A DNA stretch of 64,000 nt, taken from contig CAIPDT010000032.1 in assembly GCA_903863905.1 (NCBI GenBank), positions 27,481 to 91,480 on the forward strand. The letters run 5' to 3'. The notes under the pieces are model-generated. The model saw only the letters and a list, made by a program, of their open reading frames with translations. It was not told the DNA's origin and did no database searches. The stretch is from an uncultured Methylococcaceae bacterium. Lineage in GTDB: Bacteria; Pseudomonadota; Gammaproteobacteria; Methylococcales; Methylomonadaceae. Shown piece by piece: positions 18,998 to 29,582 of this stretch (the first letter of the stretch is position 1; each line of letters opens with the position of its first letter). Made by a program: the position numbers and the translations under genes.

Positions 18998-19543
18998 ATG
19001 GCGAAAGAACTTATAAAAAAACTACTGCATAAAGTTATCCCTGATTTTAATAGTCTTAAAACTCACAAGAATCTTCAATTTCTAGGTGATAAACTGCACC
19101 ATCCAAATCTTTGGCATTTTAATAGACGCTCAGTCTCTATTGCTTTTGCGGTGGGTCTGTTTGGAGCGTGGATTCCAACTCCGGGTCAAATGGCAATTGC
19201 TGCCGTTGGGGCTTTTTATTTTAGAGGAAACTTACCTATCTCGGTGGTCCTAGTATGGCTAACTAATCCGCTCACAATGCCACCTTTATTTTATTTTGCC
19301 TATTTAGTAGGGTTATCAATATTAAATCTACCGGCCACTTCTTTTTCTATTGCCTCGGTACTTTCTGGCGAGATTCTCTTTCCGTTTTTAACGGGTTGCT
19401 TCATTGTAGGTACGATAAGTGCCTCAATAGGTTATTTTGGAATTAATCTTTTCTGGCGTTGCAACACCTTAAAAAGATGGAATGCTAGAAAACAAAAACG
19501 CTTATTACCTAAGGAAAATCCGTTTAGAGCTATTAAATACTAA
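18998..19543 (+). CDS. DUF2062 family membrane protein
   Basis: HHPNLWHFNRRSVSIAFAVGLF, WLTNPLTMPPLFY. Usual position between lolD and comEC. Confidence 0.9.
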   Translation: MAKELIKKLLHKVIPDFNSLKTHKNLQFLGDKLHHPNLWHFNRRSVSIAFAVGLFGAWIPTPGQMAIAAVGAFYFRGNLPISVVLVWLTNPLTMPPLFYFAYLVGLSILNLPATSFSIASVLSGEILFPFLTGCFIVGTISASIGYFGINLFWRCNTLKRWNARKQKRLLPKENPFRAIKY

Positions 19544-19641
19544 GTAATGTTACAAAAGCCATCGAAGATATAAGCACTCACCCAGTAAAAAAACCCGTTG
19601 TGAATGATTAATCTTTCGTCGGCGCTTAACACCACCTACAC

Positions 19642-19663
19642 AAGGGGATATTAAAACCCCCTT
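19642..19663. terminator. Short GC hairpin between convergent DUF2062 and lolD genes
   Basis: AAGGGG-N10-CCCCTT followed by a T-rich tail. Confidence 0.4.
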
Positions 19664-19693
19664 TCTTTATTAAATAAAGCCCTTAAATAACTA

Positions 19694-20374
19694 TCAACCA
19701 ACGATCAAGCCATCTTCCATGTGTAAGACTTTACCCATACGAGCAGCTAATTCATGATCATGAGTAACCACTAAAAAACTTACCTGCAATTCTTGATTAA
19801 GCTCTAACATTAACTGATAAACTTGATCTGCCGTTTTACTGTCTAAGTTTCCAGTCGGCTCATCCGCTAAAATCAAACTGGGTTTATTAATTAACGCTCT
19901 GGCAACGGCAGCTCGTTGTCTCTCACCGCCAGAAAGCTCACCAGGTTTATGTTCAATCCGATGCCCTAAACCTACGCGTTTTAATAACTCAATCGCTCGA
20001 ACTCGGGCTTGTTTAACGGTCTCACCGGCAATCAACAACGGCATAGCAACATTTTCCAGCACGGTAAACTCGCCTAACAAGTGATGTGATTGATAAATAA
20101 ATCCCAGTGATTTATTTCTTAATTTCGCCAGTTTTGCCCCACTGACTTGATTAATGTTCACACCCTCTAAAATGACTTCACCACTGGTGGCTTTTTCTAA
20201 GCCCCCTAATAAATGTAGCAAGGTACTCTTTCCTGAACCCGAAGCACCCATGATCGCTACACGCTCACCGACTCTAATCTCTAAATCGACCCCTTTAAGA
20301 ACATCAACATTTAAACCGCCTTGATCGTAACGTTTTATTAATTGCTGACAATGTAAGATGATATTTTTATTCAT
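19694..20374 (-). CDS. lolD: Lipoprotein-releasing ABC transporter ATP-binding protein
   Basis: GASGSGKST, LSGGERQR, LADEPTGNLD, VVTHD. Confidence 0.96.
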   Translation of the reverse strand: MNKNIILHCQQLIKRYDQGGLNVDVLKGVDLEIRVGERVAIMGASGSGKSTLLHLLGGLEKATSGEVILEGVNINQVSGAKLAKLRNKSLGFIYQSHHLLGEFTVLENVAMPLLIAGETVKQARVRAIELLKRVGLGHRIEHKPGELSGGERQRAAVARALINKPSLILADEPTGNLDSKTADQVYQLMLELNQELQVSFLVVTHDHELAARMGKVLHMEDGLIVG

Positions 20375-21614
20375 ATCGAAGCACCTCGGCTGGATTAATT
20401 CGAGAGGCTTGCCAAGCAGGATAAATAGTGGCTAACAACGACAAAAAGAAAGCCATTCCTGCGATGGCATAAACATCGGCCCAAACCAATTTAGACGGCA
20501 ACTCACTAATGTAATACACATCCGCCGCCATAAATTGCACTTGAAATAACTTTTCGATTGCGGGTACTATCGTTTCTACATTTAAGGCTAACACGACCCC
20601 ACCCAGCGTGCCTAAGGCTGTCCCTACAATTCCAATAATGGAACCTAACACCATAAAGATACCCATAATGGCAGGCGATGTCAGTCCTTGTGTTTTAAGA
20701 ATAGCAATATCACCCCGTTTATCAGTCACCACCATAACTAAGGTAGACACGATATTAAAGGCAGCTACAGCCACGATCAGCAACAGGATGATAAACATCA
20801 CCCTTTTTTCTGTTTGAATTGCTCTAAAGAAATTACTATGAGCTAAAGTCCAATCGCTCACCTGGTATTCATCAGCTAAAGCAGTGGCTAAAGTATGAGT
20901 TATTTTAGGTGCGTTAAATAAATCATCTAACTTAATACGTAAGCCAGAAACCGCCGCATCCATACGAAATAACTTGGCCGCGTCATCAATATTAATCAAG
21001 GCCATGTTACGATCGTATTCATACATACCGACTTGAAAGACACCCACAATAGTAAATCGACGCATTCTCGGCACAATACCCGCCGGGGTTGAATTAATTT
21101 GCGGACTAATGACGGTAATTTTATCGCCCATAGCCACGCCTAAATAATTAGCTAATTCAACACCTAAGACAATACCATACTCACCCGCCACCAAATTACT
21201 GAGCTGCCCCGCTTTCATTTTATTGGCTACATCAGACACTTTAGCTTCGTACTCTGGTAATATCCCATTTAACATGGTACCACTCACGCGACGATCGGCA
21301 TTAATCATCACCTGACCGGTAATAAAAGGAGCAGACCCTTCGACATGAGGATAACCTTTTAATTTTTGATCTAATTCTTGCCAGTTATCTAACTGACCGT
21401 ATTTACCCGTCGCGGTGGCATGAGAGGTCATTCCTAAAATACGTTCCCGCAGTTCTGCCTCAAAACCATTCATCACAGAAAGCACTGTTATCAGTGCCGT
21501 GACACCTAAAGCAATTCCTAAGACAGAGGTTAAGGTAATAAACGAGATAAATTGAGTACGACGTTTTGCTCGCGTATATCGCAAGCCTATATAAAAAATA
21601 AGAGGTTTAAACAT
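20367..21614 (-). CDS. lolE: Lipoprotein-releasing ABC transporter permease (LolC/E family)
   Basis: IGLRYTRAKRR, LSVMNGFE, VAAFNIVSTLVMVV, AADVYYISELP, NPAEVLRYE. Confidence 0.93.
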   Translation of the reverse strand: MFKPLIFYIGLRYTRAKRRTQFISFITLTSVLGIALGVTALITVLSVMNGFEAELRERILGMTSHATATGKYGQLDNWQELDQKLKGYPHVEGSAPFITGQVMINADRRVSGTMLNGILPEYEAKVSDVANKMKAGQLSNLVAGEYGIVLGVELANYLGVAMGDKITVISPQINSTPAGIVPRMRRFTIVGVFQVGMYEYDRNMALINIDDAAKLFRMDAAVSGLRIKLDDLFNAPKITHTLATALADEYQVSDWTLAHSNFFRAIQTEKRVMFIILLLIVAVAAFNIVSTLVMVVTDKRGDIAILKTQGLTSPAIMGIFMVLGSIIGIVGTALGTLGGVVLALNVETIVPAIEKLFQVQFMAADVYYISELPSKLVWADVYAIAGMAFFLSLLATIYPAWQASRINPAEVLRYE

Positions 21615-21638
21615 GAATTCGATAAGATAAAGAAAAAA

Positions 21639-22058
21639 TCAGGATAACTTGCACTGTGGGCAAAAACCATATAAATAAAGACCATGATCAGTCAATTCAT
21701 AACCCAGTTTTAACGCCACTTCTTTTTGTCGAGCTTCAATGATTTCATCCCTAAATTCATCGACTTTACCACATTTCATACAAAGAACATGATCATGATG
21801 ATCCCCTGTATCGAGCTCAAAAATTGAATTACCCCCTTCAAAATGGTGTCTCGTGACTAAACCAGCCGCTTCAAACTGCGTTAATACTCGATAAACAGTT
21901 GCCAAACCGATTTCTTCACCTTCACTTAACAGAATTTTATAAACCATTTCAGCTGTTAAATGCCGATCATCAACTTGTTTCTCAAGAATTTGCAGGATCT
22001 TTACTCGAGGCAAAGTAACCTTAAGCCCTACATTTCTCAAATTATCTGTTTCCAACAC
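21639..22058 (-). CDS. fur: Ferric uptake regulator
   Basis: GLKVTLPRVKIL, GLATVYRVLTQF, HHDHVLC. TTG start with GGAGG 6 nt upstream. Confidence 0.97.
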   Translation of the reverse strand: MLETDNLRNVGLKVTLPRVKILQILEKQVDDRHLTAEMVYKILLSEGEEIGLATVYRVLTQFEAAGLVTRHHFEGGNSIFELDTGDHHDHVLCMKCGKVDEFRDEIIEARQKEVALKLGYELTDHGLYLYGFCPQCKLS

Positions 22059-22205
22059 TAACCTCCGACTAGTCTACTTTGTGGGCATTTAAATACAAAT
22101 TTTTGCTTATTGTAGCCTTTTTATAAGCCAAGAGTATGACACTTTTATAGGATTATTAATTAACATCCTGTATCATTTCACTTTTAAACATTGCAGAAAG
22201 CCCAA

Positions 22206-22730
22206 ATGAGAAAGACGCTTTTTTCTTTAAGTCTACTAACCAGTCTATCACTGACCTCCTGTTCAACTATTTTGAACCATTTACCTGGCGTCTATCATAT
22301 TGATGTTCAGCAAGGTAATATCATAGAACAAAGCATGGTAGATCAACTTCGCCCAGGCATGAACAAACGCCAAGTATTATTTATTATGGGTTCTCCTATG
22401 ATGGATAATATTTTCCATAAAAATCGATGGGATTACCTATACTCTAATCACCCTACTGGTGAAGACACAGTACAAAAGCAACTATCATTGTTTTTTGAAA
22501 ATGACCAAATAGTCGGTATTCAGGGTGATTACAGACCTGGGAAAACACCCGCACTTAGAGTATCAAATGAAATGATCGTTGATATTCCTAAGCGCGATCT
22601 TGATAAAACACTCTGGGAAAAAATAACGGGGCTCTCCAATATTTTTAACTTCATGAGTGCAGATACAGCCACTAAAAATAGCAAGTCTGATGTTAAATCA
22701 ATTCCAAATACCGATAACTTACCGCTTTAA
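22206..22730 (+). CDS. bamE: Outer membrane protein assembly factor BamE (lipoprotein)
   Basis: Lipobox LTSC, IDVQQGN, GMNKRQV, RWDYLY. Divergent from fur. ATG at 22206 preferred over TTG at 22191. Confidence 0.93.
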   Translation: MRKTLFSLSLLTSLSLTSCSTILNHLPGVYHIDVQQGNIIEQSMVDQLRPGMNKRQVLFIMGSPMMDNIFHKNRWDYLYSNHPTGEDTVQKQLSLFFENDQIVGIQGDYRPGKTPALRVSNEMIVDIPKRDLDKTLWEKITGLSNIFNFMSADTATKNSKSDVKSIPNTDNLPL

Positions 22731-23026
22731 CTCTTTACAGCGCGTTGCCGGCGGGCTTCTTTAGGATCATGAACTAAAGGCCGATAGATTTCGACTCTAT
22801 CGGCCTGAACTAATACTTGCTCAGGCTTACAAACAGCCCCAAAAATACCTACCGCTAACTCTCGTCCTTGTATTTCAGGAAACTGGCTTAGTAACCCCGA
22901 GGCTTTAACCGCTTGTTCTGCGGTAACCCCTTCAGGCATCTCTAAAGTAATAAGCACTTGTTGCTCAGGCACTGCATAAGCCACTTCGATTGTTATCATC
23001 CGCTCAACCATAAATCTCTTTTGCAC
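22727..23026 (-). CDS. ratB: RnfH family ubiquitin-like protein (RatB/PasI)
   Basis: IEVAYA, GIFG, DRVEIYRPLVHDPKEARRQRA. Confidence 0.92.
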   Translation of the reverse strand: MQKRFMVERMITIEVAYAVPEQQVLITLEMPEGVTAEQAVKASGLLSQFPEIQGRELAVGIFGAVCKPEQVLVQADRVEIYRPLVHDPKEARRQRAVKS

Positions 23027-23435
23027 GACTAGTAAAGGAGCTCACCATCGTGTTGCATATTTGATTAAAAACCACACCAAAAGCCAGACTCGCTAACTTA
23101 CCTGACATTTCAAACTCTAAGTCTAAAGAAATCTTACTGGCATCTTCTCGCAACGGCATAAAATTCCAGACGCCTTCTAAATAAGAAAAAGGCCCATCAA
23201 GTAAGGACACCGTAATCATGCCGCCTTCATCGATTTTATTTCTAGTTGAAAATGATTTTTTAAAGCCACCTTTTGAAATCAACAGCTCTGCTTCAACAAT
23301 CCCCTCTCCTCTCCTAATAATCCGACTACCACTACACCACGGCAAGAAGTTTGGATAATCTTCAATATCATTGACTAGATCAAACATTTGGTTAGCTGAA
23401 AACTTAACCAAAGCACTTTTCTGAACCACTGTCAT
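23004..23435 (-). CDS. ratA: RatA/PasT START-domain protein (coenzyme Q-binding family)
   Basis: MFDLVNDIEDYPNFLPWC, GPFSYLEGVWNF. Confidence 0.94.
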   Translation of the reverse strand: MTVVQKSALVKFSANQMFDLVNDIEDYPNFLPWCSGSRIIRRGEGIVEAELLISKGGFKKSFSTRNKIDEGGMITVSLLDGPFSYLEGVWNFMPLREDASKISLDLEFEMSGKLASLAFGVVFNQICNTMVSSFTSRAKEIYG

Positions 23436-24797
23436 TTAAAGCACTCCAACCACATGTAGAAACACAAAAAAGACCGCTGCTGGCGCAACATAACTAATTA
23501 AAAGTTTCCAAGCGTCATAACCTGCTTGAGTCGGCATATCTAACTCTTCAGCACTATGTTGAGATTTCATCATCCACCCAGCAAAAATAGCGATACAAAA
23601 ACCACCAATAGGTAGCATTAAGTTAGCGGTTAAATAATCTAATAGTTGAAAGATAGTGCGCTCAAAGAACGTAACATCAGACCAGACATTAAAGGAAAAA
23701 ACCGTACCTAAGCCTAAGACCCAAGTCAAACCACCCGTCCAAGCACAGGCTTTTTCACGACTAAAACCTTTATTTTCAACTAACCAGGCCACCGCAGGTT
23801 CAATCAAAGAAATTGAGGATGTTAAAGCAGCAATCGTTAACATTACAAAAAACAAGATCCCCATTAACCAACCGCCTGTCATAGAACCAAAGGCAATCGG
23901 TAAAGTTTCAAAAATTAAACCAGGACCTGAATTAGGATGTAAATTATTAGCAAATACAATCGGAAAAATAGCAATACCTGCCAGTAAAGCGACAATAGTA
24001 TCTGCTCCGGCGATTAAGAAGGCAGTTTTAGCAATAGAAATATTTTTAGGTAAATAAGAACCATAAACCATGATAGCGCCCATCCCCAAACTTAAGGTAA
24101 AAAAGGCGTGACCCATCGCGGTTAATACTGAATTACTCGTCAACTTACTAAAGTCAGGTATAAACAAGAACTGTAAGCCTTGAAAATAACTGCCTGTTGT
24201 CATGGCATAGCCTACCAACAAAAACATCAAGACAAATAAACTCGGCATTAAATATTGAGTTGCTTTTTCTAGTCCATTATTAATACCACGCACCACAATC
24301 AACATAGTTGCCAGCATAAATAAGGAATGCCAAAAAATTAACTGAATAGGACTCCCTACAAAGTTATTAAAAATAGTTTTTATTTCTTTCGCATCTGCAT
24401 CAAAAAAACTACCCGCAAAGGCTTTAAAAACATAGGCAGAAGCCCAACCTGCAATCACACTGTAATACGATAAAATTAATAACCCCGCAATCACTCCCAT
24501 CCAACCGAGATAATGCCAGTTTTTATCAGCACCCGCCTCTTCGGTTAATATCTGCATCGTTTCAATTGGATTTCTTTGGCTTCTTCGTCCTAACATCGTT
24601 TCCGCAATCATGATGGGGATACCGATTAACAGGACGCAAAATAGATAAACGAGTACGAATGCACCCCCTCCATTTTCTCCAGTAATATAAGGAAACTTCC
24701 AGATATTACCCAAACCAACGGCTGAACCGGTAGCGGCTAAAATAAATGCAAAACGTGAAGACCATGCACCATGAACTGTTTTTTGTGTTTCCATCAT
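23436..24797 (-). CDS. Sodium-dependent transporter (neurotransmitter:sodium symporter family)
   Basis: GSAVGLGNIWKFPY, GGGAFVLVY, FFTLSLGMG, GPGLIFETLP. Confidence 0.95.
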   Translation of the reverse strand: MMETQKTVHGAWSSRFAFILAATGSAVGLGNIWKFPYITGENGGGAFVLVYLFCVLLIGIPIMIAETMLGRRSQRNPIETMQILTEEAGADKNWHYLGWMGVIAGLLILSYYSVIAGWASAYVFKAFAGSFFDADAKEIKTIFNNFVGSPIQLIFWHSLFMLATMLIVVRGINNGLEKATQYLMPSLFVLMFLLVGYAMTTGSYFQGLQFLFIPDFSKLTSNSVLTAMGHAFFTLSLGMGAIMVYGSYLPKNISIAKTAFLIAGADTIVALLAGIAIFPIVFANNLHPNSGPGLIFETLPIAFGSMTGGWLMGILFFVMLTIAALTSSISLIEPAVAWLVENKGFSREKACAWTGGLTWVLGLGTVFSFNVWSDVTFFERTIFQLLDYLTANLMLPIGGFCIAIFAGWMMKSQHSAEELDMPTQAGYDAWKLLISYVAPAAVFFVFLHVVGVL

Positions 24798-24895
24798 TAT
24801 TGAACGCCTATTAAAAACTCACCTTATTAATAATATCGGGTAAAATAGCAAAAATATTCCTTTACGTCAGTTTAAAATTCAAAAACCTATCTAAT

Positions 24896-25381
24896 ATGGC
24901 CGAAAACAAGTCCCAAAAAAATAAATCTCAGCTAAATGCAACGATCGCAGTTAATCGCCAAGCTAAGCATGAGTATTTTATTGAGGAGCGTTTTGAGGCC
25001 GGTATTGTTTTGCAAGGTTGGGAAGTAAAAAGCCTTAGAGAAGGACGTGTTCAGCTCAAAGAAAGCTATGTCGTCTTAAAACGAGGTGAAGCCTGGTTAT
25101 CTGGCGCGCATATTTCAGCTTTACTTTCTGCTTCTACGCACATAAATCCGGATTCTATTCGCTCTAAAAAACTTTTACTCAACCGCCATGAACTCAATAA
25201 ACTCATTGGTTCGGTTGAACGCAAAGGCTATACCTTGATTCCACTCTCCATGTATTGGAAAAATGGCCGCGCTAAACTAGAAATTGGTTTAGCTAAAGGT
25301 AAGCAATTACATGATAAACGAGCAACCTCTAAAGATCGTGATTGGCAACGAGAAAAAGCCAGAATCATGAAAAAAGGTTAA
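24896..25381 (+). CDS. smpB: SsrA-binding protein
   Basis: [48 protein letters not shown]. Confidence 0.98.
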   Translation: MAENKSQKNKSQLNATIAVNRQAKHEYFIEERFEAGIVLQGWEVKSLREGRVQLKESYVVLKRGEAWLSGAHISALLSASTHINPDSIRSKKLLLNRHELNKLIGSVERKGYTLIPLSMYWKNGRAKLEIGLAKGKQLHDKRATSKDRDWQREKARIMKKG

Positions 25382-25440
25382 CACTGTTACTCACAGACTT
25401 TTTAAATTTATATTAAGCTTCTCTATTTAGGCCGTAACCC

Positions 25441-25797
25441 ATGTCACTTGCTTTATTTCTTGAAAAAATTAACGCTAATCATCCGGTCAGCTTCGACGAA
25501 ACAATCGCGATTATTCATGAAAACTATGAATATCAACCCGCTGAATTTCATAATGGCCTTAAGGACGAACTATTAGTTAATAAAGCAGGTACCAATGAAG
25601 GCTCTTGTAAGATTTTTGCTTTCGCTCAACTTAATCAATTAACACAAGAACAAACGCTCAATCTATTTGGTGACTATTACCAACTAGATGTTTTAAATAA
25701 CCCTCAAGGCATTGATCACCAAAATATCAGACATTTTTTTCACTTTGGTTGGGCAGGAATTTCATTTAAATCGCCCGCCTTACACGTGAAACAATAG
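25441..25797 (+). CDS. HopJ family protein
   Basis: NKAGTNEGSCKIFAFA, LFGDYY, DHQNIR. Confidence 0.88.
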   Translation: MSLALFLEKINANHPVSFDETIAIIHENYEYQPAEFHNGLKDELLVNKAGTNEGSCKIFAFAQLNQLTQEQTLNLFGDYYQLDVLNNPQGIDHQNIRHFFHFGWAGISFKSPALHVKQ

Positions 25798-25871
25798 ATG
25801 CCATGGTCTGGCTCGTTGTATAATTAAATTTGAATCTTTACTGTCTATCACATTTTAGGATTAATTGAAGA

Positions 25872-26612
25872 ATGACTCCAGAAAAACGCTCGATAAGCCG
25901 TCGTGGCATTTACTTATTACCTAATTTGTTTACTACAGGCGCATTATTTTCCGGTTTCTATGCAATCACCTCTGCTATAGATGGTCGCTTTGAAACCGCC
26001 GCTATTTCTATTTTTGTTGCCATGATTCTTGATGGTATGGATGGAAGAGTCGCACGACTAACCAATACCCAAAGTGAGTTTGGGGCTCAGTACGATAGCT
26101 TATCAGACATGGTCTCTTTTGGTGCTGCACCTGCTTTAGTGATGTATTTATGGTCATTTCATAGCTTAGGTCAATTAGGCCTATTTGCTGCATTTGTACA
26201 CATGGCAGGGGGAGCCTTAAGATTGGCTCGTTTTAACACCCAATTAACATCCGCAGATAAACGCTACTTCCAAGGTTTACCCAGTCCTGCTGCAGCCGCT
26301 ATTTTAGCGGGCTTTATTTGGATTTCTTTAGATAATAACTATCCTGTTGAAATTGTTAAATACATTGGGATTGCCTTAACTATTAGCACCGGCTTGTTAA
26401 TGGTTAGCAATTTTAGATACTCCAGCTTTAAAGAAATCGATTTAAAAGGTAAAGTGCCTTTTTTTGTAGCGATAGCGGTGATGTTAAGTATTGCTTTTGT
26501 GATGGCTCAACCTGAAACAATGCTATTCTTATTATTCCTAGGTTATGCTATTTCTGGCCCCGTTATTACTTTAGTGATGCGTAAACGCCGATTACATAGC
26601 CGTAAAGTTTAA
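25872..26612 (+). CDS. pssA: CDP-diacylglycerol--serine O-phosphatidyltransferase
   Basis: IYLLPNLFT, DGMDGRVAR...GAQYDSLSD, RLARFN, FQGLPSP. Confidence 0.94.
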   Translation: MTPEKRSISRRGIYLLPNLFTTGALFSGFYAITSAIDGRFETAAISIFVAMILDGMDGRVARLTNTQSEFGAQYDSLSDMVSFGAAPALVMYLWSFHSLGQLGLFAAFVHMAGGALRLARFNTQLTSADKRYFQGLPSPAAAAILAGFIWISLDNNYPVEIVKYIGIALTISTGLLMVSNFRYSSFKEIDLKGKVPFFVAIAVMLSIAFVMAQPETMLFLLFLGYAISGPVITLVMRKRRLHSRKV

Positions 26613-26692
26613 AAGCACTTAAACATAAATTACCCCCCCCTTTTTAATGACATCAACGTTACAGTTGATATAGCTCTATAAATTGAGTTTTT

Positions 26693-28237
26693 ATGAAAGA
26701 CAAATTAATTATATTCGATACAACTCTACGCGACGGCGAACAAAGCCCAGGCGCGTCTATGACTCGTGAAGAAAAAATCAGAATTGCTCGAGCGCTTGAA
26801 CGTCTTAAAGTAGACGTCATCGAAGCGGGTTTTCCCGCTGCTAGTCCAGGCGACTTTGAATCTGTTCAAGCCGTTGCCAATGTCATTAAAGACAGCGTTG
26901 TTTGTGGTTTAGCTAGAGCTTTAGATAAAGATATTGACAGTGCAGGAGCGGCCCTTAAAGGTGCCCAACGGTCACGCATTCATACCTTTATTGCCACCTC
27001 GCCTATCCACATGCAAATGAAGCTGCAAATGTCACCTGAACAAGTGATTGAATATGCAGTAAGAGCCGTTAAACGCGCACGTCAATATACCGACAATGTT
27101 GAATTTTCTCCTGAAGATGCCGGACGTTCTGATGAAGATTTTTTATGTCGTATTCTAGAAGCTGTTATTGATGCAGGTGCCACTACGCTAAACATTCCCG
27201 ATACTGTCGGTTATAGTGTCCCTCAACAATTTGGCGCCACGATTGCTAACCTAATCAACCGTATCCCTAATTCAGACAAAGCCATCTTCTCCGTGCATTG
27301 TCATAATGATTTAGGCTTAGCGGTCGCTAACTCTTTAGCTGCGGTCATGAATGGCGCTCGTCAAGTTGAATGTACCATTAATGGTTTAGGAGAGCGGGCG
27401 GGTAATGCATCGCTTGAAGAAATTGTTATGGCAGTTCGTACCCGTCACGATGTTTTCAACTGCCAAACCGGTATTGATACCCGTGAAATTTTAACCTGCT
27501 CTAAACTCGTTTCGTCTATTACGGGCTTTCCTGTACAACCTAATAAAGCGATTGTAGGAGCGAATGCTTTTGCCCATGAAGCAGGGATTCACCAAGATGG
27601 CGTATTAAAAAGTCGTGAAACCTATGAAATCATGCGCGCCGAAGATGTAGGTTGGACCACCAACCGTATGGTCTTAGGTAAACATTCAGGCAGAAATGCA
27701 TTCAAAAGTCGCATAACCGAGTTAGGTTTCGAATTTACCTCTGAAAAAGAACTGAATGATGCTTTCTCGCGGTTTAAACACTTAGCGGATAAAAAGCATG
27801 AAATCTTTGACGAAGACTTGCAAGCCTTAATTTCTGAGGCAGGCTTTGAAGCAGAAGATGAGTATGTCAAACTCGTTGCGTTAAAAGTATGCTCAGAAAC
27901 CGGAGAAACTCCCAATGCAACCGTCACCATTCGTATTGATAACCAAGAAGTTTCTGGTTGCTCTGAAGGCGGCGGCGCTGTCGATGCTAGCTTAAAAGCC
28001 ATTGAAAAACTAGTCAAATCAGAGGCCACTTTAGAACTGTACTCTGTTAACAACATCACCAACGGTACTGATGCTCAAGGTGAAGTCACTATTCGCCTTG
28101 AGAAAGAAGGTCGCATGGTTAATGGTCTCGGTGCTGACACAGATATCGTGATTGCCTCAGCTAAAGCGTATATCAATGCTGTTAATAAACTCAATAGTCC
28201 TAATCAACGCCGACATCCTCAAAAAGGCGAGGTCTAA
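26693..28237 (+). CDS. leuA: 2-isopropylmalate synthase
   Basis: [36 protein letters not shown]-terminal regulatory domain. Confidence 0.97.
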   Translation: MKDKLIIFDTTLRDGEQSPGASMTREEKIRIARALERLKVDVIEAGFPAASPGDFESVQAVANVIKDSVVCGLARALDKDIDSAGAALKGAQRSRIHTFIATSPIHMQMKLQMSPEQVIEYAVRAVKRARQYTDNVEFSPEDAGRSDEDFLCRILEAVIDAGATTLNIPDTVGYSVPQQFGATIANLINRIPNSDKAIFSVHCHNDLGLAVANSLAAVMNGARQVECTINGLGERAGNASLEEIVMAVRTRHDVFNCQTGIDTREILTCSKLVSSITGFPVQPNKAIVGANAFAHEAGIHQDGVLKSRETYEIMRAEDVGWTTNRMVLGKHSGRNAFKSRITELGFEFTSEKELNDAFSRFKHLADKKHEIFDEDLQALISEAGFEAEDEYVKLVALKVCSETGETPNATVTIRIDNQEVSGCSEGGGAVDASLKAIEKLVKSEATLELYSVNNITNGTDAQGEVTIRLEKEGRMVNGLGADTDIVIASAKAYINAVNKLNSPNQRRHPQKGEV

Positions 28238-28313
28238 ATTAGAGGCCGTGTGACTGTCTTTTTAGAGCTTGAGGTGATCAAACCAACGCTGTCTCAGCGA
28301 AGAGCGTTTAACC

Positions 28314-28982
28314 TTGGATAACGCGCTTCGCTTACAGTATTTAGAGGCGATGGGTATTGATGTATGGATACCTAAAACAGCCTCAGTTGAACTGCCCCAC
28401 CCCTCTTCTTTTGAGGCGATGAGTCAAGACACGTGGGATTTATTAAAAGCCGATATTACTCAGTGTACACAATGTGAATTATGTACATCACGGGAACAGC
28501 CTGTCTTAGGGTCTGGTAATCAACAGGCTGATTGGATGCTGATCACCGAAGCGCCAGGTCAGGATGAAGCACATCAAGGCGAGCCCTTAACTGGAAGTGC
28601 TGATGCCCTATTAACTGAAATGTTGAGGGCCATTAACTTAACCCGAAACGATGTCTTTATAACCAATATTACTAAATGTGCACCACCTAAAAATCGGGAT
28701 CCACATGTCAATGAAATTGAAAATTGCAGTCTATTTCTACAGCGACAACAGCAACTCCTCAAACCTAAAATCATTATCGCCTTAGGTCGAGTTTCTGCTC
28801 AAGCGTTATTAAAAACAAACGAACCGTTAGCCAAGCTAAGAAATCAAGTTCACGCATTAAATGATACGCCGATTGTAGTCGTGTATCACCCAGCCTATTT
28901 ACTTCGATTTTTGCCCGAAAAAAGCAAAGCCTGGCTAGATTTAACGAAAGCACTACAGACATTTACAAATAATAAAGGTTGA
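28314..28982 (+). CDS. Uracil-DNA glycosylase family 4 (Fe-S type)
   Basis: YLEAMGIDVW, CTQCELC, EAPG, NITKCAPP, YHPAYLLR. Confidence 0.9.
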   Translation: MDNALRLQYLEAMGIDVWIPKTASVELPHPSSFEAMSQDTWDLLKADITQCTQCELCTSREQPVLGSGNQQADWMLITEAPGQDEAHQGEPLTGSADALLTEMLRAINLTRNDVFITNITKCAPPKNRDPHVNEIENCSLFLQRQQQLLKPKIIIALGRVSAQALLKTNEPLAKLRNQVHALNDTPIVVVYHPAYLLRFLPEKSKAWLDLTKALQTFTNNKG

Positions 28983-29524
28983 TTATGCGGGGATTAATGG
29001 ACAAAATAAAAAATCTAGTCATTTATGACGCCGATAAAGAGTTTTACGCTAAAATTTTTCCCGATTCTGTCACTAAGAAAGATTTGCTTCGCATTAGAAC
29101 AATGACGCATGATGATCTATCAAGCGTCATGAGAATAGAACGCATTAACTATCAATTTCCTTGGGAAGAAGATCTATTTACCGACTGTTTTAAAGCGGGC
29201 TATCATTGCTGGGTCTGTGAATTAGAAAATAAAGTCGTGGGCTACAGCTTACTTTCAATTGCGGTGGGTGAAGCCCATATTCTCAACATATCGATAGATC
29301 CCTCGGAACAAAAACAAGGTATTGGCCGAAGAATGCTAGAACATCTTATTGAGTATTCTAAAGGCCGTGCAGAAACCGTTTTCTTAGAAGTCAGACCCAC
29401 TAATATCCACGCGATTGCGCTTTATGAAGACGTGGGCTTTAATGAAATAGGAATTAGAAAAGGTTATTATCCAGCAGAAAATGGCCGAGAAGACGGGATT
29501 ATGCTAGCACTAGAATTATTTTAA
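28979..29524 (+). CDS. rimI: Ribosomal protein S18 alanine N-acetyltransferase with an N-terminal extension
   Basis: GEAHILNI, QKQGIG, FLEVRPTN, RKGYY...REDG. Confidence 0.93.
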   Translation: MIMRGLMDKIKNLVIYDADKEFYAKIFPDSVTKKDLLRIRTMTHDDLSSVMRIERINYQFPWEEDLFTDCFKAGYHCWVCELENKVVGYSLLSIAVGEAHILNISIDPSEQKQGIGRRMLEHLIEYSKGRAETVFLEVRPTNIHAIALYEDVGFNEIGIRKGYYPAENGREDGIMLALELF

Positions 29525-29542
29525 TAAGGTAACTAAAGTCAA

Positions 29543-29566
29543 AGGGGGTAAATAGCGCTACCCCCT
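29543..29566. terminator. Bidirectional terminator candidate between rimI and suhB
   Basis: AGGGGGTA-N8-TACCCCCT perfect 8-bp stem. Confidence 0.6.
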
Positions 29567-29582
29567 CCTACGTATTAAAAAA

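Noticed and set aside
23436-24797. NSS transporter between ratA and smpB as a novel insertion
   Set aside because: From memory this arrangement also occurs in other gammaproteobacteria, and there are no insertion scars or compositional shift.
25381-25441. tmRNA (ssrA) expected near smpB
   Set aside because: The gap is only 59 nt and I saw no tRNA-like ends or tag frame in the neighbouring intergenic regions.
26612-26693. Leucine attenuator upstream of leuA
   Set aside because: No Leu-rich leader ORF or terminator/antiterminator pair in the 80-nt gap.
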